Source: Candidatus Uhrbacteria bacterium
GTDB lineage: Bacteria; Patescibacteriota; Patescibacteriia; UBA9934; GWF2-40-263
Reading direction: 5' to 3'
Length of the DNA: 62,788 nucleotides
NCBI GenBank assembly: GCA_023246355.1
Contig: JAHFIQ010000006.1
Span: 1 to 62,788, forward strand
The position numbers were made by a program, and so were the translations under genes. Shown one piece after another: positions 52,023-61,381 of the stretch. How positions within the stretch are numbered: position 1 is the first letter of the stretch; each line of letters starts with the position of its first letter. The notes beneath the pieces are model-generated. The model made no database searches and was not told the origin of the DNA. It saw nothing but the letters and a program-made list of their open reading frames with translations.

Positions 52023-52778
52023 ATGCCACGTATCCCTAAACTGTCTGAGGAAACGCTTGAACTGCTTGGACTTACGGCCAAGGACATGGCGGTCTACACC
52101 GCGCTTCTGAAACTCGGTACCGCGCCTTTGCGACGGATCGCAGAGGAATCGAGCTTCAACCGAGGCACTGTGTACGACGCGCTGAAGCGACTTCTGGATC
52201 TTGGTCTCGTGTCACACATGGATGCCAAGACCCATCGGTATTTTACGGCAGAAGATCCGCACAAGCTCCGCGGCCTTGCGACACGTCGTGAGGTCGCCAT
52301 CCAAGAGGCGCAACTCAAACTTGCAGACGTCGTGCCTCAGTTGCAAGACCTTCTTGGAAAAAGCGCACACCGTCCGAGTGTGTGGTACTACGAGGGAGAG
52401 CAAGGAGTCCACGACATTCTTGAGGACGTGCTCAAGACCGCGGAGCATGCGGAGTCAAAATTGTTTCGGATCTATTCGTCCGAAGGAATCCGCGACTTGA
52501 TTGCAAACGCCTGGCCAGGGTTTATTCAACACCGTATTCGCAAACACATTCGTGTGAAGGCGATCGCGATCGGCAAAGGCGGTCGTGTGCATGGACTGGA
52601 TGAGCGCAAGTGGTTGTCACAGTCTGATTCTGCACCGACGTATATCTTCATCTACCCAGGCAAGACCGCGTTTGTGTCACTGGATGATCATCGACAACTA
52701 TTTGGCGTGATTGTCGATGACGAAGCCATTTCAGCGACCCAGGTGATGATTTTCGACGCTCTTTGGAAGATGATGTGA
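52023..52778 (+). CDS. TrmB-family transcriptional regulator
   Basis: 'LGLTAKDMAVYTALL...RGTVYDALKRLLDLGLV', 'YYEGEQG'. Confidence 0.88.
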   Translation: MPRIPKLSEETLELLGLTAKDMAVYTALLKLGTAPLRRIAEESSFNRGTVYDALKRLLDLGLVSHMDAKTHRYFTAEDPHKLRGLATRREVAIQEAQLKLADVVPQLQDLLGKSAHRPSVWYYEGEQGVHDILEDVLKTAEHAESKLFRIYSSEGIRDLIANAWPGFIQHRIRKHIRVKAIAIGKGGRVHGLDERKWLSQSDSAPTYIFIYPGKTAFVSLDDHRQLFGVIVDDEAISATQVMIFDALWKMM

Positions 52779-52782
52779 ATTT

Positions 52783-52841
52783 GGGGTCAGGTCTGGCTAT
52801 CGGCTTTTTCAAAAAAAAAACCGATAGCCAGACCTGACCCC
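52783..52841. repeat. Long inverted repeat GGGGTCAGGTCTGGCTATCGG ... CCGATAGCCAGACCTGACCCC
   Basis: 21-bp perfect arms; a half-copy GGGGTCAGGTCTGG also occurs at about 61119. Confidence 0.7.
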
Positions 52842-52855
52842 ATTCTGGAGGATCG

Positions 52856-53413
52856 ATGTCCCTGCACCCGTTCTACCGCTCTGTTGTCGCGATGTTCTGC
52901 GGCCCGCACGACGAGGGCGAAGGCGCTCCGACCCGTCGGATCGACAGAGCCATCGAGCTCTCGGTCGAGCTCTGCTCACCCCTGCTCATTGCTGGCGACG
53001 GCAATCACGGAGAGGATGTCCGTCGGTTTGCCCGGCATGCCGAGCAAAACGGTGTCGCTTACATTCGTGCACTCTTTGATGCGCGCCGCTGCACACCTTC
53101 TGACGCAGAGTCCATTGTGCACGAGCTCGTCAACAACCCGCCGTTCATGTCCGTGCGTCACGTTTATCTGGTGACCGATGACTGGCACATGGCTCGAGCA
53201 AGTGGGATCCTCGAGGGGCAACTGCAGAGGCTCCTCTCAAGACCGACTCTGGAAGTCATTCGCTGCCCGGTCACGACTGGTCCTCGTCCACCCGATCCTG
53301 TCCTTCAAGGCGAACGTCAGGGTCTCTTGGATTATCTCGCTGGCCGCTATGGCGAGCGCAAAGCCCATGCTCCCTACGGCAAACCTGCCGAGGAGCAAAT
53401 GGTCGCCGAATAA
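52856..53413 (+). CDS. YdcF/DUF218 (ElyC/SanA)-like protein
   Basis: 'RIDRAIEL', 'LLIAG', 'VYLVTDDWHMARA'; GGAGG RBS. Confidence 0.7.
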   Translation: MSLHPFYRSVVAMFCGPHDEGEGAPTRRIDRAIELSVELCSPLLIAGDGNHGEDVRRFARHAEQNGVAYIRALFDARRCTPSDAESIVHELVNNPPFMSVRHVYLVTDDWHMARASGILEGQLQRLLSRPTLEVIRCPVTTGPRPPDPVLQGERQGLLDYLAGRYGERKAHAPYGKPAEEQMVAE

Positions 53414-53450
53414 AACGCAAGCGCCGAGTACGAGACTCAGCGCTTTTTCA

Positions 53451-53810
53451 TTATCCCCAAAATCCTTTTGTGCTTTTTGTTGATGGGGGAGCAACAGGCT
53501 TGTGTTCTGTTTTGAGTCCTTGGACAAATTGCGCAATTCGTTGCATCTCTCGTTCAACCAGTGGTCCCTCATACTCGCCAGCATGGGCTGACGTCCCTTC
53601 ATAGCTCGCGGCTTTTTGATCCACGTGGAGATTCACTTGCACCCCACCGTCTTTGTCCTCGATGTAGGCATGATAGCGTGGAAAAAGTTCTCCGGTCACA
53701 CGCAGCGTGTAGCTCAACTGTCCTTCGTGTCCACGGTGTTCACCGTAGCCGAGGCGACGGATGAGACCACGGGCGTTTTCGTTTAAGGGTCCTGAAAAAA
53801 ATTGTTTCAT
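53451..53810 (-). CDS. Hypothetical protein, paralog of 53814-54224
   Basis: 'RRLGY...FPRYHAYI...NLHVD...HAGEYEG'. Confidence 0.75.
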   Translation of the reverse strand: MKQFFSGPLNENARGLIRRLGYGEHRGHEGQLSYTLRVTGELFPRYHAYIEDKDGGVQVNLHVDQKAASYEGTSAHAGEYEGPLVEREMQRIAQFVQGLKTEHKPVAPPSTKSTKGFWG

Positions 53811-53813
53811 AAA

Positions 53814-54224
53814 TTACGACTTGTACGTAAACAAAATTTCAAACAGAGATCGTTTGGGTTTTGAAGGAGGCACCGTGGTGCGACCTGTTGCATGCATTGG
53901 GTGATTGATTGATCCCAGTGATGGCGCTCCACGCATCGCCTGGATAAGACGTCGCATTTCCTCATCAACACGCACGCCTTCATACGCCCATGGCTGATCG
54001 TGATTTCCTTTGTGGGTGATACTGTCCAGTGCATCAAAATGCAAGTCGACTTCGATGCCTTGACCACGAACAGCGACGAGCGCATGGAATCGTGGAAAGG
54101 CTGGATCATTGAGACGCCGATGGTAACACGCTCTTCCAGACTCGACACAATGCCGAACATAGCCAGCACGAGCCATGAGTGCATCAGAGGTTTGTTTTTC
54201 TGTGTTTGAGATAAAGCGTCTCAT
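53814..54224 (-). CDS. Hypothetical protein, paralog of 53451-53810
   Basis: 'ARAGY...FPRFHALV...DLHFD...H...YEG'. Confidence 0.72.
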   Translation of the reverse strand: MRRFISNTEKQTSDALMARAGYVRHCVESGRACYHRRLNDPAFPRFHALVAVRGQGIEVDLHFDALDSITHKGNHDQPWAYEGVRVDEEMRRLIQAMRGAPSLGSINHPMHATGRTTVPPSKPKRSLFEILFTYKS

Positions 54225-54310
54225 ACCCCACTTTTACTGTACACGTTCTTGACATTTTGGCCAAAAACTGGTTCACTCTTGGTGCTCTTGTCCGAGCAGA
54301 GGTACCTCTC

Positions 54311-54844
54311 ATGCGACATGTCCTCTCTGTCTGCTCCATGGTGATGATGCTCGCGAGTCCGGCCTTGGCCAGTCCAAATATCTGCGAAACAGCGCAGAGC
54401 GAGCCGCGGCTGACCTACAGCTACACGTCGCTCCCAACACAGTCCTTGGATGGACAACAGTATGCCCTGGTTCCCATTGCCAGTGCGCCGATCCTCGGCG
54501 GTGAAGGATCTGTCACTACCATCTCGATGATCATGTCGCCCGACACCGTGGCGCACCAGGCCTTCCAGATGAAGGCGGTCGAGTCCTCGTGGCTCGTGCC
54601 GTTCACCTGTGCAGAGCTTGATCGCATCGTCCAGGCTGTCTACGCGCGGCATGGGTTCTACTTCCCGCAGCCACAGACTCGCGCCTTCTTCTGCGGCTTC
54701 GACCGCAACTACCAACCACGTCCCGAGTTGTCGGTCGCGGAGGTGGAGGCCAAGTTCACGAGCCGCGACCAGTTGACGCTCCTGCGTGTCGAGATGGCCA
54801 TGGACAGCCATGGCTGCGCAAGCGAAAAGCGCGCCGCAGATTGA
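54311..54844 (+). CDS. Secreted YARHG-domain protein
   Basis: Signal peptide; 'ELDRIVQAVYARHGFYF...FF...NYQP'. Confidence 0.78.
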   Translation: MRHVLSVCSMVMMLASPALASPNICETAQSEPRLTYSYTSLPTQSLDGQQYALVPIASAPILGGEGSVTTISMIMSPDTVAHQAFQMKAVESSWLVPFTCAELDRIVQAVYARHGFYFPQPQTRAFFCGFDRNYQPRPELSVAEVEAKFTSRDQLTLLRVEMAMDSHGCASEKRAAD

Positions 54845-54916
54845 TCCCGTTTCCCTAGGATGCACCTGGGGATTTTCTTTTGTGGAAGACTTTGTTATAG
54901 TTTGCCGCGTCATTTC

Positions 54917-55004
54917 GGAGAGGTCGCATAGTGGCCTAGTGCGCTCGCTTGGAAAGCGAGTATACCGAAAGGTATCCAGGGTTCGAATCCCTGCCTCTCC
55001 GCCA
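54917..55004 (+). tRNA. tRNA-Ser (GGA)
   Basis: GGAGAGGTCGCATAGTGGCCTAGTGCG-CTCGC-TTGGAAA-GCGAG, long variable arm, GGTTCGAATCC, CCA end. Confidence 0.95.
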
Positions 55005-55041
55005 TTCGACTACCGTTGTATTGTTTAGAACGGTAGTCGAA

Positions 55042-55063
55042 TGCCCTGAGCTTGTCGAAGGGC
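55042..55063 (+). repeat. REP-like element TGCCCTGAGCTTGTCGAAGGGC
   Basis: Between tRNA-Ser and the GIY-YIG gene; inverted 21/22 copy inside cysS at 24938-24959. Confidence 0.7.
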
Positions 55064-55109
55064 AGAAGTGGAGATGTAGACAACCGCTCATGGTCGTTGA
55101 CCATTCGTT

Positions 55110-55374
55110 ATGGAGGAAATTTACTACGTCTACATACTTGCATGCGATGATGGAAGCTACTACGTCGGTTCGGCAAACGATGTCTTGCAAAGAGTCGTAC
55201 GTCACAACGCCGGTGAAGGAGCGGGTTGGACGAAGGATCGACGTCCTGTGAAGCTTGTGTATCAGGAAAAACATGAGTCGTTACTATCCGCGAGACAAAG
55301 AGAAGAGCAGATAAAGGGTTGGACACGTCGAAAAAAAAGAAAATTTGATCAGCGGATTTTGGAAAAAAATATAA
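55110..55374 (+). pseudogene. GIY-YIG (UPF0213-like) nuclease with a probable +1 frameshift in an A8 run
   Basis: 'YYVYILACDDGSYYVG...R...HNAGEGAGWTK.RRPV...RE.QIKGW'; removing one A at 55331-55338 gives the end RRKKENLISGFWKKI*. Confidence 0.7.
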
Positions 55375-55392
55375 AGAGTACTTCACCTAGGT

Positions 55393-55917
55393 ATGAAAGT
55401 TATTCTCTACATGGCAATGACTGTCAACGGAATGATTGCTGGCACGGACGACAAGACAAATTGGTTGACTAAAGAAGAAGCAGAAAGCTACTGCTCAATC
55501 GTTCGCGAGGCTGGGTGCCTGATTGTTGGAAGACGCACATATCACATTCTTACCAAGCAACCAGAGTTTCAAGAGTTTAACAACGCCAAGCTCATTGTTG
55601 TCTCGCATAATGATGTTAGGCTGGTCGACCCGTCGCACGCTGTTGCTCACTCACCACAAGAAGCTGTCGATTTGTTATCTGACTTTCGTGAAATTATTGT
55701 TGCTGGTGGTGGTATCCTCAATGCGTCCTTTCTTGCTGCTAATCTTGTAGACGAGATTTTTCTTGACATAGAACCAGTCATTCTTGGTGCTGGGATTCCT
55801 CTTTTCAAGGGTCAATCATTTGAACGAGACTTAAAGTTTCTTGGTCAAAAAATGATCTCGGATAGCGAGATTCAACTTCATTACGAGATCGTTAAGGAAA
55901 ATAGTTACAAAGGTTAA
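55393..55917 (+). CDS. Dihydrofolate reductase / RibD C-terminal family protein
   Basis: 'MAMTVNGMIA', 'VGRRTY', 'VAGGG', 'LVDEI...PVILGAGIPLF'. Confidence 0.88.
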   Translation: MKVILYMAMTVNGMIAGTDDKTNWLTKEEAESYCSIVREAGCLIVGRRTYHILTKQPEFQEFNNAKLIVVSHNDVRLVDPSHAVAHSPQEAVDLLSDFREIIVAGGGILNASFLAANLVDEIFLDIEPVILGAGIPLFKGQSFERDLKFLGQKMISDSEIQLHYEIVKENSYKG

Positions 55918-55972
55918 CTCAGTGCATAATAATTCTCCGCAATGTGCTGAGAGTTTTTGCTGGCCACTTTCT

Positions 55973-56377
55973 TTATTTCACCTTCACCACACAACTTGCC
56001 ATGACCGGGTCGGGTTTGAAGCCTTCGATTTTGGCGCCTCGTCCTTTGCTTAAATCACGCAGGACGTTCATCACCTCACCAGCGATCGCGCCGGTGCCAT
56101 GGCCGTAGATGATTCGAACCATCCTTCCTGGATTCTCACTGAGGAGTTTATCGATGCCAAACGCGACATCTTCACGATGCATGCCGTGGAAGTCGACGTT
56201 TGGGAGCAACCGGTCCATCATGGCGATGTTGAATTGTTGATCGAGCGTCAGTTCCTCAGGTGGATTCTGAGCAGCTCGTTTGGAGGCTAAGCGCTCTTCT
56301 TTGGGTGGCGCGACCCAACTGTCTGGTTGGTTTTTTTCAGGTTGAGCACCTCGAGCCATTTCTGCACGTCTTCCCAT
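55973..56377 (-). CDS. Smr/MutS2-domain protein
   Basis: 'VDFHGM...VRIIYGHGTG'. Confidence 0.75.
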   Translation of the reverse strand: MGRRAEMARGAQPEKNQPDSWVAPPKEERLASKRAAQNPPEELTLDQQFNIAMMDRLLPNVDFHGMHREDVAFGIDKLLSENPGRMVRIIYGHGTGAIAGEVMNVLRDLSKGRGAKIEGFKPDPVMASCVVKVK

Positions 56378-56437
56378 AGATAGTAAAGTTAGTGATTGCC
56401 TGGATTATAGCAGGATAGAAAAACCCGAGGCAAAACC

Positions 56438-56983
56438 TCAGGTCTGGGAGATGACCGCGTCCAGTTGTTCGGTTGCTCGTTGAAGACGGGTGAGTTCGGT
56501 GAGCAGAACCTGGTATGTACTCCAGGCGATCGCGCTTGTTTCCTTGGCCTGCGAGTGGCAGAGTCTGCGCCACTTAAACGGCTGCGGGCGGTGAGAGGTG
56601 AGCGTGATTTCCATGGCCGTGCTCTTGAACCACTCAAGTTCACGCGCAAATCTTTCCAGATCTTTTGCCTGCTTCTCGATCCTGTGCATGCTCTCAAGGA
56701 CCGTCGCGCTCAGAATGCGCAGCTGGGCTTCAACCTGTGCCTCTGAGGTGAGTCGATCATGTTCTGCTTGAACACGGATGCTGTCCAAGCCCACGAGCGT
56801 CGTTCTGGTGAGCAGGGTCGAGTGCACCACGACGAGCGATTGAAGCTCGTAGCTTGTGAGGATTTCCTCTGCTGAGTCCACCCCTTTGCACGTTTCGTGG
56901 ATGACGCGATCGGGATCTCTCCATTCACGGGCGATGGGCTGGGCGAGAGCCGAGGTGAGGCACAGGATCAGAGAGAGAATCAT
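56438..56983 (-). CDS. Secreted helical hypothetical protein (ORFan cassette)
   Basis: TTGACC-17-TAGGGT promoter, GGAG RBS, signal peptide MILSLILCLTSALA. Confidence 0.6.
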   Translation of the reverse strand: MILSLILCLTSALAQPIAREWRDPDRVIHETCKGVDSAEEILTSYELQSLVVVHSTLLTRTTLVGLDSIRVQAEHDRLTSEAQVEAQLRILSATVLESMHRIEKQAKDLERFARELEWFKSTAMEITLTSHRPQPFKWRRLCHSQAKETSAIAWSTYQVLLTELTRLQRATEQLDAVISQT

Positions 56984-57055
56984 TTCTGCTCCGTATCTGA
57001 TCTCCACCCTAGAGCGAGTAGATGAAACGGTCAATTGTGGTAGGCTATCAGCAGT

Positions 57056-58825
57056 ATGGACCCCAAGGATGAGATCAAACAAAAAATCGATATTGTGGAG
57101 CTGATCGGTGAGACGATTCAGTTGAAGGTGGCCGGTTCTTCTGGTCTCAAAGGACTGTGCCCATTCCACGCGGAGAAGACGCCCAGTTTTCACGTCTCGC
57201 GCGATCGGCAGATTTGGCATTGTTTTGGCTGTGGTGAGGGTGGGGATTGTTTTGCGTTCGTGATGAAGATGGATGGTATGACGTTTCCTGAGGCGCTCAT
57301 GCATCTTGGAAAAAAGACCGGTGTGGAAGTGCGACGACTTCCAACCGTGGAATCAAACACAAAGCAACGGCTGTATCAGGTGAATGAGCTCGCGCAGAAA
57401 TTTTTTCGAAAAGTCCTTCTTGATGCTGCTGGTGCAGAGGCAGCTCGGGCATATGTTGAGTCGCGGAGCATTCCCGCCGAGCTGGCAGACATTTTTGGCA
57501 TTGGCTATGCGCCGGACGAATGGGATGCGCTCTCAGGATTTCTACAAAAGCGTGGGTTCTCAGAAAACGAAATCATCCAAGGCGGCTTGGCTCTTAAAAA
57601 GAAAAGTGGATCAGGCGTGATCGATCGTTTTCGCCATCGTCTCATGATTCCATTGCGTGATCATCATGGCAATGTTGTTGGGTTTACGGGGAGAAGCATG
57701 CCAGGAGATGATCAGGGTCCAAAATACATGAACTCACCTGAGACGCCGATCTACCACAAAGGGAGTTTTGTGTTTGGACTGGATTTGGCCAAGCGCGCAA
57801 TTCGGGAAAAAGGATTTGTTGTGATCGTGGAGGGAAATCTCGACGTCGTTGCCTCTCACAAGGTAGGTGTACAAAACATCATTGCAAGTTCTGGGACAGC
57901 CCTTACTCAGGATCAGCTCACTCTGCTCAAACGTTATACAGAGACGATTGTTTTTTCTTTTGATGCAGACGCTGCTGGATTTGCCGCGGCGAAAAAGGGA
58001 ATCAGTCTTGCTCGCGGTCTTGGGTTTGATGTGCGCTCAGCTATTCTTCCTGACGGGGTGAAAGATCCTGACGAGCTTGTGCAGCAGAATCCTCTGGCCT
58101 GGGAAACGCTCGTCGTCAAGTCAGTACCGATCATGGAATTTTTGATCGCCCATGTCACAAAAGGAAAAGACTTGCGACAGGTTGACGATAAGCGAGAAGT
58201 TGCCAAAGAATTGTTGCCAGCGATTTCTGACATGTCATCAGTGGTAGAACGCGAGCATTGGTTGCAAGTGGTGGCTGATCTTCTGTCTATTTCAGCGGAT
58301 CAACTGCGAGCTTCTTTGCAGCCTCCGACATCCGTGAAGCCATCGACGTCATCGACAGTTTCAAAACCTTCTCTTCCCAAAGACGAACAAGCCCGCCGTC
58401 TTTTGTTTGGCTTTGCCATTCAAACGCCGTCTCAGTTTGAGAGCGTTGTTGCACGACTCAAGCCTCTGGCTCTGAACAGCCAGCTGTGGATAACCCTTTA
58501 CAATCTGGCTCTCAGCGCGTATGATCCAAGCAGTCAAGCAGCACAAACATCGCATTTTTCAAGGATTCGATCTCTCACGTCCGGCCATGCAGATCAAGAA
58601 GCCCTCGAGGCACTTCTTGATACATCTATTTTAATGGCCGAAGAAACGTTTGCGGATATTCCTGAGAATCAATGGCTGCCAAGAATCGAAGAGCTTTTTT
58701 CTGTTTTAAGCACGCTTGGCCTCAGTCGTGACCGTGAGGCTCTTGCGCGAGCTTTGCGTCAAGCGGAACTCGTAGGGGATCAGGAAGAAGTCAAACGTTT
58801 GTTAAATTCCATGCCTCGATTATGA
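57056..58825 (+). CDS. dnaG: DNA primase
   Basis: CHC2 Zn finger '[11 protein letters not shown]...CFGC', 'KYMNSPET', TOPRIM 'VEG..D...FDADAAG'. Confidence 0.97.
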   Translation: MDPKDEIKQKIDIVELIGETIQLKVAGSSGLKGLCPFHAEKTPSFHVSRDRQIWHCFGCGEGGDCFAFVMKMDGMTFPEALMHLGKKTGVEVRRLPTVESNTKQRLYQVNELAQKFFRKVLLDAAGAEAARAYVESRSIPAELADIFGIGYAPDEWDALSGFLQKRGFSENEIIQGGLALKKKSGSGVIDRFRHRLMIPLRDHHGNVVGFTGRSMPGDDQGPKYMNSPETPIYHKGSFVFGLDLAKRAIREKGFVVIVEGNLDVVASHKVGVQNIIASSGTALTQDQLTLLKRYTETIVFSFDADAAGFAAAKKGISLARGLGFDVRSAILPDGVKDPDELVQQNPLAWETLVVKSVPIMEFLIAHVTKGKDLRQVDDKREVAKELLPAISDMSSVVEREHWLQVVADLLSISADQLRASLQPPTSVKPSTSSTVSKPSLPKDEQARRLLFGFAIQTPSQFESVVARLKPLALNSQLWITLYNLALSAYDPSSQAAQTSHFSRIRSLTSGHADQEALEALLDTSILMAEETFADIPENQWLPRIEELFSVLSTLGLSRDREALARALRQAELVGDQEEVKRLLNSMPRL

Positions 58826-60099
58826 AGAAGCACCCAAAGTCCGGCCTAAAGGCCGGATCCGGCTACGCCGGAAAAAAAAATCGTCCTCACGTACAAAAGA
58901 AAAAAGTCGTGGTGAAGCCGAAGCAGAAAAAAAAGGTTCAAGTGAAAAAAGTTCACGCCATGAAAAAGCCTGTTCATGCACCTGAGCCGAAAGTTCGTTA
59001 CAAGCGCGCAGAACCTCCATCGGAAATCGTTTTGGAAAAACTCGTTGACAAAGGCATGCGCCGCGGGTACATCACCGAAAACGAGATTCTTTTTACGTTT
59101 ACGGATCTCGAGGACTATCTGGAGGTGTTTGAAGACTTTCTCGACGAGCTGGATCGAGTCGGTGTGCACTTTGTTGAAGTCAAGGAAGGCATTTTGGGTC
59201 GTGACAAAGAGCGTGGCGACGTGTACGACAAAATTCGCGTCAGTGAGGATGCACGTCGGACCGTGCTTCCAGACATCACACAGGACTCGATCCAAATGTA
59301 CTTACGTGAGATCGGAAAAATTCCTCTGCTTACCGGTGAAATGGAAGTTGCACTTGCCAAGCGTAAGGAACGCAATGAAAAAGAAGCTGAGCGTCGGCTT
59401 ATCGAAGCCAATCTGCGCTTGGTGGTTTCGATTGCGAAAAAATTCGTGGGCAAGTCCATGTCGCTTTTGGATTTGATCCAAGAAGGCAACATTGGTTTGT
59501 TTCGCGCCGTGAAAAAATTTGAGTATCGCAAGGGTTACAAATTTTCTACCTATGCGACCTGGTGGATTCGCCAGGCAATCACCCGCGCCTTGGCTGACCA
59601 GTCTCGCACCATTCGTATTCCGGTTCACATGGTGGAGACCATCAACAAGTTTCAACAGATCGAACGTCAGCTCATCCAAGACTTGGGACGCGAGCCTCTC
59701 GCCGAGGAAATTGCCGCTGAGATGGGCCAGCCGATCGAGAAGGTTCGGCATATCAGAAAAATTTCGCAAGAGACGGTGTCTCTTGAAACGTCCGTGGGTG
59801 ATGACGACGAAGATTCCAAGCTTGAAGATTTTATCGAGGACGTGAAGACAATCTCGCCTGACCGCACGGCCGCGCGAGAACTCCTCAAGGACTACGTGAA
59901 TAAAGCTATGGAAGGTCTCACCCCGCGCGAGCAGAAAATTCTTGAAATGCGTTTTGGTCTCACCGATGGTGTCAGCCACACCCTGGAAGAAGTCGGCCGC
60001 GAGTTTGACGTCACCCGCGAACGTATCCGTCAAATCGAAGCCAAGGCGCTCGAGAAAATTCAGGCGAATCCGTTGATTGAGAAGTTAAGGGATTATTAG
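58822..60099 (+). CDS. rpoD: Primary sigma factor RpoD/SigA
   Basis: '[11 protein letters not shown]', '[12 protein letters not shown]', '[16 protein letters not shown]', '[13 protein letters not shown]'. Confidence 0.97.
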   Translation: MKKHPKSGLKAGSGYAGKKNRPHVQKKKVVVKPKQKKKVQVKKVHAMKKPVHAPEPKVRYKRAEPPSEIVLEKLVDKGMRRGYITENEILFTFTDLEDYLEVFEDFLDELDRVGVHFVEVKEGILGRDKERGDVYDKIRVSEDARRTVLPDITQDSIQMYLREIGKIPLLTGEMEVALAKRKERNEKEAERRLIEANLRLVVSIAKKFVGKSMSLLDLIQEGNIGLFRAVKKFEYRKGYKFSTYATWWIRQAITRALADQSRTIRIPVHMVETINKFQQIERQLIQDLGREPLAEEIAAEMGQPIEKVRHIRKISQETVSLETSVGDDDEDSKLEDFIEDVKTISPDRTAARELLKDYVNKAMEGLTPREQKILEMRFGLTDGVSHTLEEVGREFDVTRERIRQIEAKALEKIQANPLIEKLRDY

Positions 60100-60101
60100 C
60101 T

Positions 60102-61040
60102 ATGGAAACTCAGAGAAATCCAGAAGAACAGCGCGTCCGCGAGTTAGCAAATCGGTGGCATCGAAGTTTTGAAAAAATGAAAGAGGAATGGTTGGCTCGT
60201 CCGGAAACAACATTGGACGATCTTGTTGATTTGTATTGGGACGGATATATTCTTGGTCGAATTGCTCCTCTAGATCAGGACGAGAAGGATGCCAGAGCAA
60301 CATTGAAAAAAGATGTGTGGGCAGGAACGCGGGACGACAAAGAACTTTATGAAAGAATTCTTTACTCGATCCTAAACGGCAAAGAAGCATTGGGGAAAAA
60401 TCTTTCAGCGATTAGTCCAGGTTATGCCGCCGGTGCTGTGATGGATTCCATGCAGATTGTTTATAGAAAATTTTTGCATCAACTCCCAAAAGCAAAATAT
60501 AGGAGTGAACCCGACGTGCATTATTTTGCCGATAAGTTTGTTGAGAAAGCAAGACAGGAGTTTGTTCGTCACGGGGGTCAAGGGGACAAGCTCCTTCGGG
60601 TTGGTTCACATGGAAGGGTGGGTGACATTCTTGTAACCGTGGAGGGGATTACTCCAGACGGAAAGGTCTGGCTAGTGGCAGATAATCCAGGACGTGATTA
60701 CATGCGCCTATATGATACGATTCAGTCGCTAGATCCTGACGCTTCTGGTACAGCTATTCTGGCGAGTAAGCTTGATCTTGCATCCTTTACTAATCCAGAA
60801 TTGCCAAGCCAATTTTCTACAGAGATCCGTTTTACTTTTTCACGTCGTACCAACCATAATGTGACTCGATCAATCAGTCAGGATCTCGAAGCACATGGAA
60901 TTCCTGTACACTTGGTCGATCTACGTCCGGTTTGGGATAGACTCTTTTTAGACAAGAAAGAGGGAGATGAAGTACAGGCGAAGATTATTTTTAGCAAAGA
61001 GGATGGAATGCGTTGTGAGGTGAGCGGGACCTCGGCATAG
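60102..61040 (+). CDS. Hypothetical protein lying between the duplicated rpoD 3' ends
   Basis: 312-aa ORF, AT-richer than rpoD. Confidence 0.7.
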   Translation: METQRNPEEQRVRELANRWHRSFEKMKEEWLARPETTLDDLVDLYWDGYILGRIAPLDQDEKDARATLKKDVWAGTRDDKELYERILYSILNGKEALGKNLSAISPGYAAGAVMDSMQIVYRKFLHQLPKAKYRSEPDVHYFADKFVEKARQEFVRHGGQGDKLLRVGSHGRVGDILVTVEGITPDGKVWLVADNPGRDYMRLYDTIQSLDPDASGTAILASKLDLASFTNPELPSQFSTEIRFTFSRRTNHNVTRSISQDLEAHGIPVHLVDLRPVWDRLFLDKKEGDEVQAKIIFSKEDGMRCEVSGTSA

Positions 61041-61046
61041 ATGTAG

Positions 61047-61112
61047 ATCGAGGCCAAGGCTCTGGAGAAGATCCAAGCCAATCCATTGATTGAGAAGTTG
61101 AGGGATTATTAG
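61047..61112 (+). pseudogene. Second copy of the last 21 codons plus stop of rpoD
   Basis: Encodes [21 protein letters not shown], identical to 60034-60099, with 9 synonymous differences. Confidence 0.85.
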
Positions 61113-61381
61113 CGAAGTGGGGTCAGGTCTGGAATCTGGAATTTTACGTAGCAATCAGGCCATCCGGCCTGATTTTGTTTTCTGGAAGGACAAAGAATGG
61201 TCAACTATTTTTCATACAGATAAAAGAAGAGAAAAGATTTGGAGAAAAAAAGAAAAAGACTCTCCGCCAAGTTGGGGCTTATGAACCCCGGCCGAAAGCC
61301 TTTTTCATATTTAAGATACTTATAGGATCACGAGTTGTCAAATGCAAATTGAAAACCTACCCGGGTGGGTAGGTGCGTGGG

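Noticed and set aside
56984..57304. N-terminal extension of the 288-aa minus-strand ORF
   Set aside because: It overlaps dnaG in antisense; the promoter, RBS and signal peptide point to ATG 56983.
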